Part shown: one piece after another, positions 18,387 to 26,781 of the stretch
Position numbering within the stretch: position 1 is the stretch's first letter
How the letters are laid out: each line of letters opens with the position of its first letter
Source: a virus
UHGV virus genome: UHGV-2100961
Strand: one strand, 5' to 3'
Length of the DNA: 27,879 nt
Translations under genes and position numbers: made by a program
Notes under the pieces: model-generated
Told to the model about the DNA's origin: nothing
The model's database searches: none
What the model saw: only the letters and a program-made list of their open reading frames with translations

Positions 18387-19480
18387 CAGAACCCGATTTT
18401 ATTGAACGCGATGCCGACAAAATCACGGCAGAAATGATTGCGAAGTATGAAGCGGATACCGGCAAAACGCTGTACCCGGCACAGGCAGAACGTCTGCTGA
18501 TTGATCTGTGGGCCTATCGCGAAATGCTGGTCAGGGTTGCGGTACAGGAGGCAGCAAAGCAGAATCTGGTCGCCTTTGCCCGTGAGCCGATGATTGATTA
18601 CCTCGGTGAACTGGTTGGTGTATACCGTCTTGCCGCGCAGCCTGCCACCACCACGCTCCAGTTCTCCGTAGATGAGGCACTGGCCATTGATGTGCTGATC
18701 CCGGCAGGCACCCGCGTCAGCGCTTCCGACAGCGTTATTTTTGCCACCGATACAGATGTGGTACTGAAGGCCGGATTGCTGCTGGTCAATGTCACGTCCA
18801 CCTGTACCGAACCCGGTACCGCTGGTAACGGCTGGCAACCTGCGCAGGTCAGTCAGTTACTCGATGAGATTGATAACGTCGACCTGCTGGTGAGCAATCT
18901 GACGGCCAGTTCCGGCGGTTCAGAACAGGAAGACGATGACAGGCTCCGGGAGCGTATCAGGCTGGCCCCGGAGTCATTCACCAATGCCGGAAGCCGTGGC
19001 GCATACCGCTTTCATGCCATGCAGGCCCATCCCAACATTGTCGATGTTGCTGTGCTTTCCCCGGTTCCCGGGACCGTAGATCTGTATCCGCTGCTCAGTA
19101 CCGGTCTGCCGGACGGCGGTGTTCTCACGCTGGTAGAGAGTTTCTGCTCTGATGAGAAAGTCAGGCCACTCACTGATACAGTGCGGGCTAAAACACCAGT
19201 GAAGGTGGATTACACCATTGAAGCCAGGATTACGATCTATCGTGATCAGGATGCCAGGTCTGTAAAAGATGCCGCTAACAGCGCCATACAGAACTGGGTG
19301 GCATCACGTGCCGCCACGCTGGGGCGCGATATTGTCCCCAGCCAGATTATCAGTGCATTGTCCGTTTCCGGGGTGTACCAGGTTGAACTGGTGACACCGG
19401 CACTGCGGGTGGTGGCAGAAAACGAATGGGCAAACTGTACGGCAATCACTCTTAACATGACTGGAGTGTCTGATGACTGA
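18377..19480 (+). CDS. Baseplate J-like protein
   Basis: 367-aa ORF overlapping the W-like stop; followed by the gp48-like gene and then the tail fibre. Confidence 0.75.
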   Translation: MALTEPDFIERDADKITAEMIAKYEADTGKTLYPAQAERLLIDLWAYREMLVRVAVQEAAKQNLVAFAREPMIDYLGELVGVYRLAAQPATTTLQFSVDEALAIDVLIPAGTRVSASDSVIFATDTDVVLKAGLLLVNVTSTCTEPGTAGNGWQPAQVSQLLDEIDNVDLLVSNLTASSGGSEQEDDDRLRERIRLAPESFTNAGSRGAYRFHAMQAHPNIVDVAVLSPVPGTVDLYPLLSTGLPDGGVLTLVESFCSDEKVRPLTDTVRAKTPVKVDYTIEARITIYRDQDARSVKDAANSAIQNWVASRAATLGRDIVPSQIISALSVSGVYQVELVTPALRVVAENEWANCTAITLNMTGVSDD

Positions 19481-20051
19481 GCCATTACAACTCCCGCCAC
19501 CGCTTGAGGGTGATATCAGTCTCAGGACGCTGGGAAGACTGGCAGGACGGCTGGATAACATCGACCTGAGCGTACTGATGGTCTTTCTCGTCGATATCGT
19601 CGACAGTTCCGCGCTGCCATGGCTGGGCGAGCAGTTCTCACTGTCTGGCGATGGCTGGGAGCTGGCGGAATCGGACGATGTTCGCCGCATGCTTATAAAA
19701 GCAGCCATCGAACTGCACCGGTATAAAGGGACGCCGTGGTCAATCCGGGAAGTTATCCGCCGTTTTGGCTTTGGTGAAGTGGATCTGATTGAAGGCACAG
19801 GTCGTCTCAGTTACGACGGCAATCGCAGCTATAACGGACTGTTTGTTCATGGAGATGCAGCCGCCTGGGCAGTTTATCGCGTTATTCTGAAACAGCCCAT
19901 TACTAACGATCAGGCCGCGATGCTGCGTCAGACGCTGGCTGCATTTGCACCGGCCCGCTGCCATCTGGCCAGCCTGGAGTATCAGTCTGTGGCCATTCGC
20001 TATAACAATACTGCCATCCATGATGGCAGTTATAACCACGGGAGCAGTTGA
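19473..20051 (+). CDS. Baseplate/tail protein (Mu gp48-like, P2 gpI-like)
   Basis: 192-aa ORF overlapping the J-like 3' end; immediately upstream of the tail fibre. Confidence 0.7.
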   Translation: MTEPLQLPPPLEGDISLRTLGRLAGRLDNIDLSVLMVFLVDIVDSSALPWLGEQFSLSGDGWELAESDDVRRMLIKAAIELHRYKGTPWSIREVIRRFGFGEVDLIEGTGRLSYDGNRSYNGLFVHGDAAAWAVYRVILKQPITNDQAAMLRQTLAAFAPARCHLASLEYQSVAIRYNNTAIHDGSYNHGSS

Positions 20052-20053
20052 TT

Positions 20054-21349
20054 ATGGGAAACCTGAATGAAACAGAAAAGTGGGAAGAAAATATCTATCA
20101 ACTGGAGACATCAGATCCGGTTCTGGGTGGTGCAGACGGGATATCAAATCGAGCCCCCCGGCAACTGGCAAACAGGACGAAATGGCTGAAGAAAAAAACG
20201 GAGGAAGCCGCACAGTCACTGGCTGAACACGTACGTTCCCGTAACCACCCGGACGCGACACTGACAGCTAAGGGGTTCACCCAACTGAGCAGTGCCACCA
20301 ACAGCACCTCTGAAACGCTGGCCGCCACACCAAAAGCCGTCAAGGCTGCATACGACCTTGCAGCCGGCAAGGCGCCCGTCAGCCACACTCACCCGTGGAG
20401 TCAGATAACGGGAGTGCCTGCGGCTTCACTGACGGCAAAAGGCACCGTACAACTGAGCAGCGCCACGGACAGTCAATCAGAAACTGAGGCTGCCACGCCG
20501 AAGGCGGTCAAGGCTGCATACGACCTTGCAGCCGGCAAGGCGCCCGTCAGCCACACTCACCCGTGGAGTCAGATAACGGGAGTGCCTGCTGCCTCGCTGA
20601 CGGCAAAAGGCACCGTACAATTGAGCAGTGCCATCAACAGCACGTCTGAAATACTGGCCGCCACACCGAAAGCGGTCAAGGCTGCATACGATCTGGCAAA
20701 CGGAAAACAACCGGCAGATGCCACGCTCACTGCTCTGGCAGGACTTGCCACTGCAGCAGATCGGTTGCCTTATTTTACCGGAGCAGACCGCGCAGCGCTG
20801 GCAACCCTTACAGCTATTGGTCGCGCTATTATCGCTAAGGGCAGTATAAAAGATGTCCTCAATTACCTTGGTTTGGGGGAAGGCTCTGCATTGCCTGTTG
20901 GTGTACCGGTTCCATGGCCCACCGCCACACCGCCAGCAGGCTGGTTACAGTGCAACGGAGCTACGTTCACCAAAGAACAATATCCTGTTCTGGCCAGAGT
21001 CTACCCGACCCTCCGTCTTCCCGATTTGCGCGGTGAGTTTATCCGTGGATGGGATGACGGACGAAAGATTGACACCGGGCGTGCCCTGCTAAGCAGCCAG
21101 AGCGGAATGATTGAGAAACACCGTCATATTGTTGTTGCCAATGATGGTTACGACACAAAAGATGAATGGGAACTGGCTGCGATTTTCAAAAAAACATACA
21201 CACAAGGACGAGGACTTGATGCCACAAATACAGGAGGGAGTCTGACCCCATCACCAACACTTCATTCGCGAGGGAGTATCGGTAATACTGGCGGGAGGGA
21301 AACCCGTCCACGAAATATTGCCTTTAACTACATTGTCAGGGCGGCCTAA
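20054..21349 (+). CDS. Tail fibre protein (constant N-terminus, repeat shaft, C-terminal tip cassette 1)
   Basis: ATG 20054 (RBS GGGAG); three 56-aa shaft repeats; C-terminal region has the LPDLRGEFIRGWDDGRK motif and ends ..RPRNIAFNYIVRAA. Confidence 0.85.
   Translation: MGNLNETEKWEENIYQLETSDPVLGGADGISNRAPRQLANRTKWLKKKTEEAAQSLAEHVRSRNHPDATLTAKGFTQLSSATNSTSETLAATPKAVKAAYDLAAGKAPVSHTHPWSQITGVPAASLTAKGTVQLSSATDSQSETEAATPKAVKAAYDLAAGKAPVSHTHPWSQITGVPAASLTAKGTVQLSSAINSTSEILAATPKAVKAAYDLANGKQPADATLTALAGLATAADRLPYFTGADRAALATLTAIGRAIIAKGSIKDVLNYLGLGEGSALPVGVPVPWPTATPPAGWLQCNGATFTKEQYPVLARVYPTLRLPDLRGEFIRGWDDGRKIDTGRALLSSQSGMIEKHRHIVVANDGYDTKDEWELAAIFKKTYTQGRGLDATNTGGSLTPSPTLHSRGSIGNTGGRETRPRNIAFNYIVRAA
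20261..20700 (+). repeat. 168-bp (56-aa) in-frame tandem repeats in the tail-fibre shaft, about 2.6 copies
   Basis: Anchor CAAGGCTGCATACGA at 20341, 20509 and 20677 (period 168); encoded units LTAKG.. QLSSA.. AATPKAVKAAYDLAAGKAPVSHTHPWSQITGVPAAS. Confidence 0.85.
20868..20947 (+). repeat. Direct repeat copy A (80 bp, identical to 21353..21432) at the constant/variable junction of the fibre gene
   Basis: TTGGTTTGGGGGAAGGCTCTGCATTGCC..CAGGCTGGTTA read identically at both positions; about 90% similarity continues for another ~120 bp. Confidence 0.85.
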
Positions 21350-21352
21350 ACG

Positions 21353-21432
21353 TTGGTTTGGGGGAAGGCTCTGCATTGCCTGTTGGTGTACCGGTTCCAT
21401 GGCCCACCGCCACACCGCCAGCAGGCTGGTTA
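21353..21432 (+). repeat. Direct repeat copy B (80 bp, identical to 20868..20947) at the 5' end of silent tip cassette 2
   Basis: Same 80-mer begins 4 nt after the fibre stop codon. Confidence 0.85.
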
Positions 21433-21870
21433 AAGTGCGACGGGCGCGCCTTTACAAAAGAACAATATCCTGTTCTGGCCAGAGCCTACCCGACCCTCCG
21501 TCTTCCTGATTTACGCGGTGAGTTTATCCGTGGATGGGACGACGGGCGCAAAGTTGATACAGGACGTAAGTTGCTGTCCGCACAAGGGGCAACGCTGTTA
21601 AGAACAGCAATGCTGGATTATTATAACCAGGACACTACGGGAACCTCGGGGATAGTCGGCATGGGATTCAACAATGAAGATTCCATTACAGACCTTCGTG
21701 AGGGCAGCTTTAAAATGCCGGACGGGACAACATTCAGCGATCCTGTCATAGTAATGTCAGACAATGGTATGCAGGCTACTATTCTGACCTCTATCAGAAG
21801 CGGGTATGCGAAGGGTATCACTGTCAGACCCCGTAGCATTGCACTTAATTACATTGTGAGGGCAGTTTAA
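21353..21870 (+). other. Silent alternative tail-fibre C-terminal tip cassette 2 (no ATG or RBS of its own)
   Basis: Open frame encoding GEGSALPVGVPVPWPTATPPAGWLKCDGRAF..LPDLRGEFIRGWDDGRKVDTGR..RPRSIALNYIVRAV, paralogous to residues ~275-432 of the fibre; only a TTG codon at 21358, no SD. Confidence 0.7.
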
Positions 21871-22484
21871 TGAGTAACACTGCAGTTCTGGATGAAAACG
21901 GTATCGCCACTGTAGCGGGCGATATCACTGTATATCACTATGACGAGGAAACCCGGGAATACACCTCATCCTCTGTGGAGTATCTCGCCCTTGGGGTGGG
22001 TACTCCGGCACATTCGTGCGCCGATGCACCGCCGGAGGCAATTTCGGGTTACGTGGTTTGTCGGACTGCCACGCTGAACGGGTGGGAGCATGTGCCTGAT
22101 CACCGCGGCGAGACGGTATACAGCACGGAGAACGGTAACCCCGTTCTGATTACCCAACCGGGTGATTACCCGGCGGACACCACCACAAAACAGCCAGCCA
22201 CGCCATGGGATACCTGGAACGGTGAGGCGTGGGTAACCGATACTGAACGGCAGCGAGCCGCAGAACTGGAGGTTGCCAGACAGCAACGCCAGCAACGGGT
22301 GAAACAGGCGATGGCGTCCGTCGATCTTATCAACCTCAAACTGCGTGCTGGTCGCAGTCTGAAACCAGAAGAAACGGCAAAACTGAACGCCGTGCTGGAT
22401 TATATCGACGAGCTGAACGCACTGGATATCAGCAAGGCACCTGAAATCAGCTGGCCGGAAGCGCCACTGGCACTTGCCAGTTGA
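21870..22484 (+). CDS. Tail fibre assembly protein (Tfa/U-like chaperone)
   Basis: 204-aa ORF; ATG overlaps the cassette-2 stop (TAATG); N-terminal MSNTAVLDENGIATVAGDITVYHYDEETREY and Gln/Arg-rich helical C-terminus typical of Tfa proteins. Confidence 0.75.
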   Translation: MSNTAVLDENGIATVAGDITVYHYDEETREYTSSSVEYLALGVGTPAHSCADAPPEAISGYVVCRTATLNGWEHVPDHRGETVYSTENGNPVLITQPGDYPADTTTKQPATPWDTWNGEAWVTDTERQRAAELEVARQQRQQRVKQAMASVDLINLKLRAGRSLKPEETAKLNAVLDYIDELNALDISKAPEISWPEAPLALAS

Positions 22485-22490
22485 ACGGTA

Positions 22491-22826
22491 TCACGCCGCC
22501 CTCACGATATAGTTAAACGCGATATTGCGGGGGCGGGTTATGTTAAAGAATGCTCCGTTTAATTCGGCTTTTGCGCGACTGTTTGTTTCACCCAGCATTG
22601 CGTACCACAAATAATCGCTACGGTAATTCCCCGCAAACACCTTATCGCCGCCATAGTCAATATTATTTCCGTTACTCATGTACGAGATATCAAGCGCAGA
22701 ATCGTTATCGTCATGACCGCCGACCAGTGTACCTTTCTGCCATGAAAGCAACTTACGCCCCTCGTCAATCTTGCGCCCGTCATCCCATCCACGGATAAAC
22801 TCACCGCGCAAATCGGGAAGACGGAG
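22491..22826 (-). pseudogene. Inverted tail-fibre tip cassette 3, 5'-truncated by the IS21-family element
   Basis: Minus-strand frame encodes ..LRLPDLRGEFIRGWDDGRKIDEGRKLL..RPRNIAFNYIVRAA*; the 50 nt at 22777..22826 are the exact reverse complement of 21011..21060; homology stops at 22826/22827. Confidence 0.7.
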
Positions 22827-22891
22827 TATTAGACGTCAACTAGTTTTGCCGACTCGCGCCAACTATACTGGCCGCACCCTTCAGTGCGACA

Positions 22892-23647
22892 TCAAGTCGC
22901 GCTTGTTACTGCCTTCGCTGTCTTTTTCCTGTAGCTTTCACCTTTCAGTTCGAACATATATCCGTGATGGATCAGCCGGTCTGCCGCCGCCACCGCCATA
23001 GTCTCATCCACGAAGATGCTGCCCCACATGCTGAACGGATGGTTACTGGTTATCACCAGGCTCCCACGTTCATAGCGATGCGCTATTAACTCGAACAGTA
23101 CTCCCGTTTCGGCGCTGTCGCGTTTGACATAGCCAAGATCATCCACCACTATCACCCGGTAGCGATCCAGTTTCAGTAGCAGCTCATTCAGTTTCAACTG
23201 CGCTCTGGCTTTACGTAGTTCCTGCAACAACTCTCCTGCGCTGTAGAACCGGGCCCGGTAGCCCTGGCCTACTACGCCATCCACGATCGCTGCCGCCAGA
23301 TGGCTTTTCCCCAACCCGCTGGCTCCGAACAGCAGAACGTTTTCTCCTGCATCAACCCAGTCTGTCGTTTCACAGAGTTGCCGGAACTGAGCTCCATTCA
23401 GTTCCGGCACCTGACTGAAGTCGTATTCGCTTAGCGTTTTGGCAACTGGCAACCGGGCCTCCTTTTTATAACGACGCAGTTTTTCACTCTCGCGCCACAG
23501 GAGTTCTTCATTGCATAGCGTCAGAAGATAGCGCGATGGTGTCCAGCCTTCTGCCAGTGCTCGTTTTTCCAGAGCGTGCCATTCAGCTCCAACTCGTGTC
23601 AGGCGTAGTTTACGCAGGCTGCGTTCAAGGTGATGGATATTGCTCAC
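22892..23647 (-). CDS. istB: IS21-family ATP-binding helper protein IstB
   Basis: 251-aa ORF with Walker A (GASGLGKSH) and Walker B (VIVVDDLG) motifs and the C-terminal ..LKGESYRKK.. segment typical of IstB. Confidence 0.85.
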   Translation of the reverse strand: MSNIHHLERSLRKLRLTRVGAEWHALEKRALAEGWTPSRYLLTLCNEELLWRESEKLRRYKKEARLPVAKTLSEYDFSQVPELNGAQFRQLCETTDWVDAGENVLLFGASGLGKSHLAAAIVDGVVGQGYRARFYSAGELLQELRKARAQLKLNELLLKLDRYRVIVVDDLGYVKRDSAETGVLFELIAHRYERGSLVITSNHPFSMWGSIFVDETMAVAAADRLIHHGYMFELKGESYRKKTAKAVTSAT

Positions 23648-25143
23648 TGCGAACCGCCCTTGCCACGCAGTAGTTGCTCATAACTGCTCAGGTTATGCTG
23701 TTTCACATTGACTACCGGCAACGCCTTTTCCTTTATACCCAGGAAGCGCATCAGCCGGTGCAGATCCACGTTTCCCGGGGTATTCAGCATCTGCTCCATA
23801 CCTTTTGCCACGACTGAGATATCGTCGTATCCTGCAGCCAGTTTCAGAGCATGTACCATCAGCCTGCCTGCCATGTCGGGTTCCAGATGATTACATAAGC
23901 GACGCCACAGCCTCCGCCATTCATCGTCTGGCAGGATGTCATTTCTCAGCGTTGCATGGCAGAACGCACCGGGCTTTTTTGCCAGACTGTCGATCACATG
24001 TCGGAAGTCGATACGACGGGCCCGCGTCTTCCCTTTTTCTGGTCTGACACGTGGGCAGCTCATGACCTCGCTGCTGCCAACGTAACAGCTCAGACGATCG
24101 TCCCATAACCGGACCCGTAACAGTTGACCTACAAGCCGGGAAGGTACGCTGTAGACGACGTGCTTCACATTGATGGTACTGCTGCGGCTAACCCTCACAG
24201 TCAGCTCATCATAGTCAGCACTGCGACGAAGCGGCAGCGGTTTCAGATGAAGACGTTCTTCCTTGACCAGATCCTGATTGTTACGGTTGTGCCGCATAAC
24301 CTGCTGAGTGATGAAGGCCTGATATTCTTCTATGGTGCTGAAGTCGTTACTGCCCCGCAGTATCAGCGCCTGACAGATACGCCTTTTCAGATGTCCGTGG
24401 GCACTTTCAACCGAGCCATTTTCGTGGCCCCGACCGGCATTATTGTGTACGCCCTGCATTCCGTAGTGCTGACAGAGAGCAGCATAACGCTCAGTCAGCT
24501 CGCGGCGTCCATCTTCGCCCTGTTGTTTCCATGCTGCCCTCAGGCTGTCCGTTTTATGTTCTACCGGCACTCCGCCCAGTTGTCCGAGGGCTTCCTGCAG
24601 ACCTTCAGCCAGAGCAGAGAAGCTCTCACCACCCAGCACAACCCGCATCCAGCTCCAGTGGCTCCATTCCAGACGGAAGTGATACAACTTATGCGCCAAC
24701 AACTTACCGGCGATGGTGACAACTACACCTTTCAGTTCAGTAAAGTCCGACAGACCTCGCAGACCGGGCTGATGTCGCTGGCGGAACATGACCTCCTGCT
24801 CTGCACCATACTGTAGCTTCCATTCGCGGACCCGCCGTTGCATTGTTCTTCGAAGGCTGTTGGGGTACTGGCCGGGATATTTATCCTGTAGCATCTCCAG
24901 CAGAGTTGTTGGTGTCAGAGCCGGCCTCTCTTTCAACAGAGGAACAAGCATGCTGTCCCACACAGCTTCCAGAGGATCTTTGCGTGTGCGCCAGTGCCGA
25001 ACACTGTTTTTTGCCCACTCTCCTTTTTCGATCCGACGACCAGAACGGACTGAGATACCAGCCTTCATGGCCGAGATATGCTGAGTTATACCTTTCTTAC
25101 GCTGAGTCATATAGTAACTGACCTGAGAAGTATTGAGCGTCAC
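23644..25143 (-). CDS. istA: IS21-family transposase IstA
   Basis: 499-aa ORF immediately upstream of, and overlapping by 4 nt, an IstB-like ATPase gene; operon architecture diagnostic of IS21-family elements. Confidence 0.8.
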   Translation of the reverse strand: MTLNTSQVSYYMTQRKKGITQHISAMKAGISVRSGRRIEKGEWAKNSVRHWRTRKDPLEAVWDSMLVPLLKERPALTPTTLLEMLQDKYPGQYPNSLRRTMQRRVREWKLQYGAEQEVMFRQRHQPGLRGLSDFTELKGVVVTIAGKLLAHKLYHFRLEWSHWSWMRVVLGGESFSALAEGLQEALGQLGGVPVEHKTDSLRAAWKQQGEDGRRELTERYAALCQHYGMQGVHNNAGRGHENGSVESAHGHLKRRICQALILRGSNDFSTIEEYQAFITQQVMRHNRNNQDLVKEERLHLKPLPLRRSADYDELTVRVSRSSTINVKHVVYSVPSRLVGQLLRVRLWDDRLSCYVGSSEVMSCPRVRPEKGKTRARRIDFRHVIDSLAKKPGAFCHATLRNDILPDDEWRRLWRRLCNHLEPDMAGRLMVHALKLAAGYDDISVVAKGMEQMLNTPGNVDLHRLMRFLGIKEKALPVVNVKQHNLSSYEQLLRGKGGSQ

Positions 25144-25200
25144 GCCATTTCCTGTTGGATCATGTAAATGACACTCAGGTTACAAAACCGGCCAGAATAA

Positions 25201-26226
25201 TCGGCGCCAGGCGGACTGAGTTATTGTCGTCTCATAGTAACCGATCCCGCAGAAGCGTCCCGGCTGATTCGTCGGGGACATCTGACTTATACTCAGGCCC
25301 GTAATATCACCCGGTTCGGGACCATCGAATCGGTCACTTATGATATTGCCGAGGGTTCGGTTGTCAGTCTGGCGGCCGGAGGGATCAGTTTTGCCCTGAC
25401 GGCATCGGTCTTCTGGCTCAGCACCGGCGATCGCGATGCTGCCCTGCAGACAGCTGCTGTCCAGGCAGGAAAAACCTTCCCCCGCACACTGGCTGTCTAC
25501 GTCACAACCCAGCAACTCCACCGGCTCAGTGTTGTTCAGGGTATGCTGAAGCACATTGATTTTTCGACTGCCAGCCCGACTGTCCGACTGGCTCTTCAGA
25601 AGGGGACCGGTGCAGGAAATATCAGTGCCCTGAACAAAGTAATGAAGGGTACGCTGGTGACATCTCTGGCACTGGTAGCTGTCACAACCGGCCCTGACAT
25701 GATCAAAATGTTGCGGGGACGGATCTCCGGTGCGCAGTTCATCAGGAATCTTGCCGTGGCATCTTCCGGTGTGGCAGGTGGAGCTGTCGGGTCAGTGGCG
25801 GGCGGGATACTGTTCAGTCCACTGGGACCATTTGGTGCACTGACAGGGCGTGTGGTTGGCGGTGTTCTGGGGGGAATGATTGCCTCCGCTGTATCAGGAA
25901 AAATTGCCGGAGCGCTGGTTGAAGAAGATCGCGTCAAAATTCTGGCAATGATTCAGGAGCAGGTGACATGGCTTGCCGGCAGTTTCCTGCTGACCGGACA
26001 TGAGATTGAAAATCTGAACGAGAATCTGGCCCGTGTTATCGATCAGAATGCTCTGGAGATCATTTTCGCCGCCGGTATACAACAACGGGCCGCGACCAAT
26101 ATGTTAATCAAACCACTGGTGGTCAGTATCATCAGGCAACGCCCCGTCATGGAATATGATGCATCCCATCTCGGCAATATGGTTAACCGGCTGGAAGAAG
26201 CATTACCCCCGGAGTTACCGGCATAA
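25201..26226 (+). CDS. Glycine-zipper membrane protein ORF, probably 5'-truncated at the IS junction (alternatively a 227-aa protein from ATG 25543)
   Basis: Frame is open for 114 codons upstream of the first ATG back to the IS edge with no in-frame ATG/GTG/TTG; contains GVAGGAVGSVAGGILFSPLGPFGALTGRVVGGVLGGMIASAVSG (GxxxG repeats); no family assigned. Confidence 0.45.
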   Translation, partial: SAPGGLSYCRLIVTDPAEASRLIRRGHLTYTQARNITRFGTIESVTYDIAEGSVVSLAAGGISFALTASVFWLSTGDRDAALQTAAVQAGKTFPRTLAVYVTTQQLHRLSVVQGMLKHIDFSTASPTVRLALQKGTGAGNISALNKVMKGTLVTSLALVAVTTGPDMIKMLRGRISGAQFIRNLAVASSGVAGGAVGSVAGGILFSPLGPFGALTGRVVGGVLGGMIASAVSGKIAGALVEEDRVKILAMIQEQVTWLAGSFLLTGHEIENLNENLARVIDQNALEIIFAAGIQQRAATNMLIKPLVVSIIRQRPVMEYDASHLGNMVNRLEEALPPELPA

Positions 26227-26301
26227 CGGCTATTCTGCGCCTTTTACGCTTTATCACCTGATTTGTCAGTGTCATCGTCATGACTCAGAGAGGTAAATAC
26301 C

Positions 26302-26757
26302 ATGATTCACCTGTTCAAAACCTGCATGATTACCGCCTTCATTCTGGGGTTAACGTGGTCTGCCCCACTCCGGGCACAGGATCAACGTTACATCAGTATA
26401 CGCAATACAGATACGATATGGCTCCCGGGAAATATTTGTGCTTACCAGTTCCGGCTGGATAATGGCGGAAACGGTGAAGGATTTGGCCCCCTCACCATCA
26501 CTCTGCAACTCAAAGACAAATATGGTCAGACGCTGGTGACCAGAAAAATGGAAACGGAAGCTTTTGGTGACAGTAATGCCACGCGAACCACAGACGCATT
26601 TCTGGAAACGGAGTGCGTGGAAAATGTCGCCACAACCGAAATCATTAAAGCAACTGAAGAAAGTAACGGCCATCGTGTCAGTCTGCCGTTATCGGTTTTC
26701 AATCCCCAGGACTACCATCCACTGCTGATTACCGTTTCCGGAAAAAACGTTAACTGA
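26302..26757 (+). CDS. Small secreted/periplasmic protein of unknown function
   Basis: 151-aa ORF with RBS AGAGAGG; N-terminal signal-peptide-like sequence (MIHLFKTCMITAFILGLTWSAPLRAQDQ); followed by a strong terminator. Confidence 0.65.
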   Translation: MIHLFKTCMITAFILGLTWSAPLRAQDQRYISIRNTDTIWLPGNICAYQFRLDNGGNGEGFGPLTITLQLKDKYGQTLVTRKMETEAFGDSNATRTTDAFLETECVENVATTEIIKATEESNGHRVSLPLSVFNPQDYHPLLITVSGKNVN

Positions 26758-26781
26758 TCCCTGAAGTCAGTTTCATGCTTC

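Larger units (their letters stand above)
22827..25200 (-). mobile_element. IS21-family insertion sequence (istA-istB), about 2.37 kb; boundaries approximate
   Basis: Two overlapping minus-strand ORFs of 499 aa and 251 aa with a 4-nt overlap; left boundary from the abrupt loss of tail-fibre homology at 22827; right boundary estimated ~57 nt beyond the istA start; inverted repeats could not be resolved by eye. Confidence 0.75.

Noticed and set aside
20856-22826. Diversity-generating retroelement acting on the tail fibre
   Set aside because: No reverse transcriptase ORF is present, and the repeats lie at the 5' boundary of the variable tips and are perfect, rather than forming a 3' variable/template repeat pair with adenine-specific differences.
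24124-24816. 230-aa plus-strand ORF inside the IS
   Set aside because: It lies antisense to istA within the IS and has no independent support; the plus-strand ORFs at 22550..22798 and 22771..23001 are likewise shadows over cassette 3 and the IS end.
20048-25200. Gin/Pin/Cin-type serine invertase gene expected beside an invertible fibre segment
   Set aside because: No ORF on either strand in the window has the N-terminal serine-recombinase signature (e.g. a GYVRVS-type motif); the expected position is occupied by the IS21-family element, so it is reported as absent, not annotated.
25180-25554. 124-aa minus-strand ORF at the IS edge
   Set aside because: It overlaps the plus-strand open frame of the glycine-zipper gene and would start inside the IS terminus; no RBS; likely non-coding.
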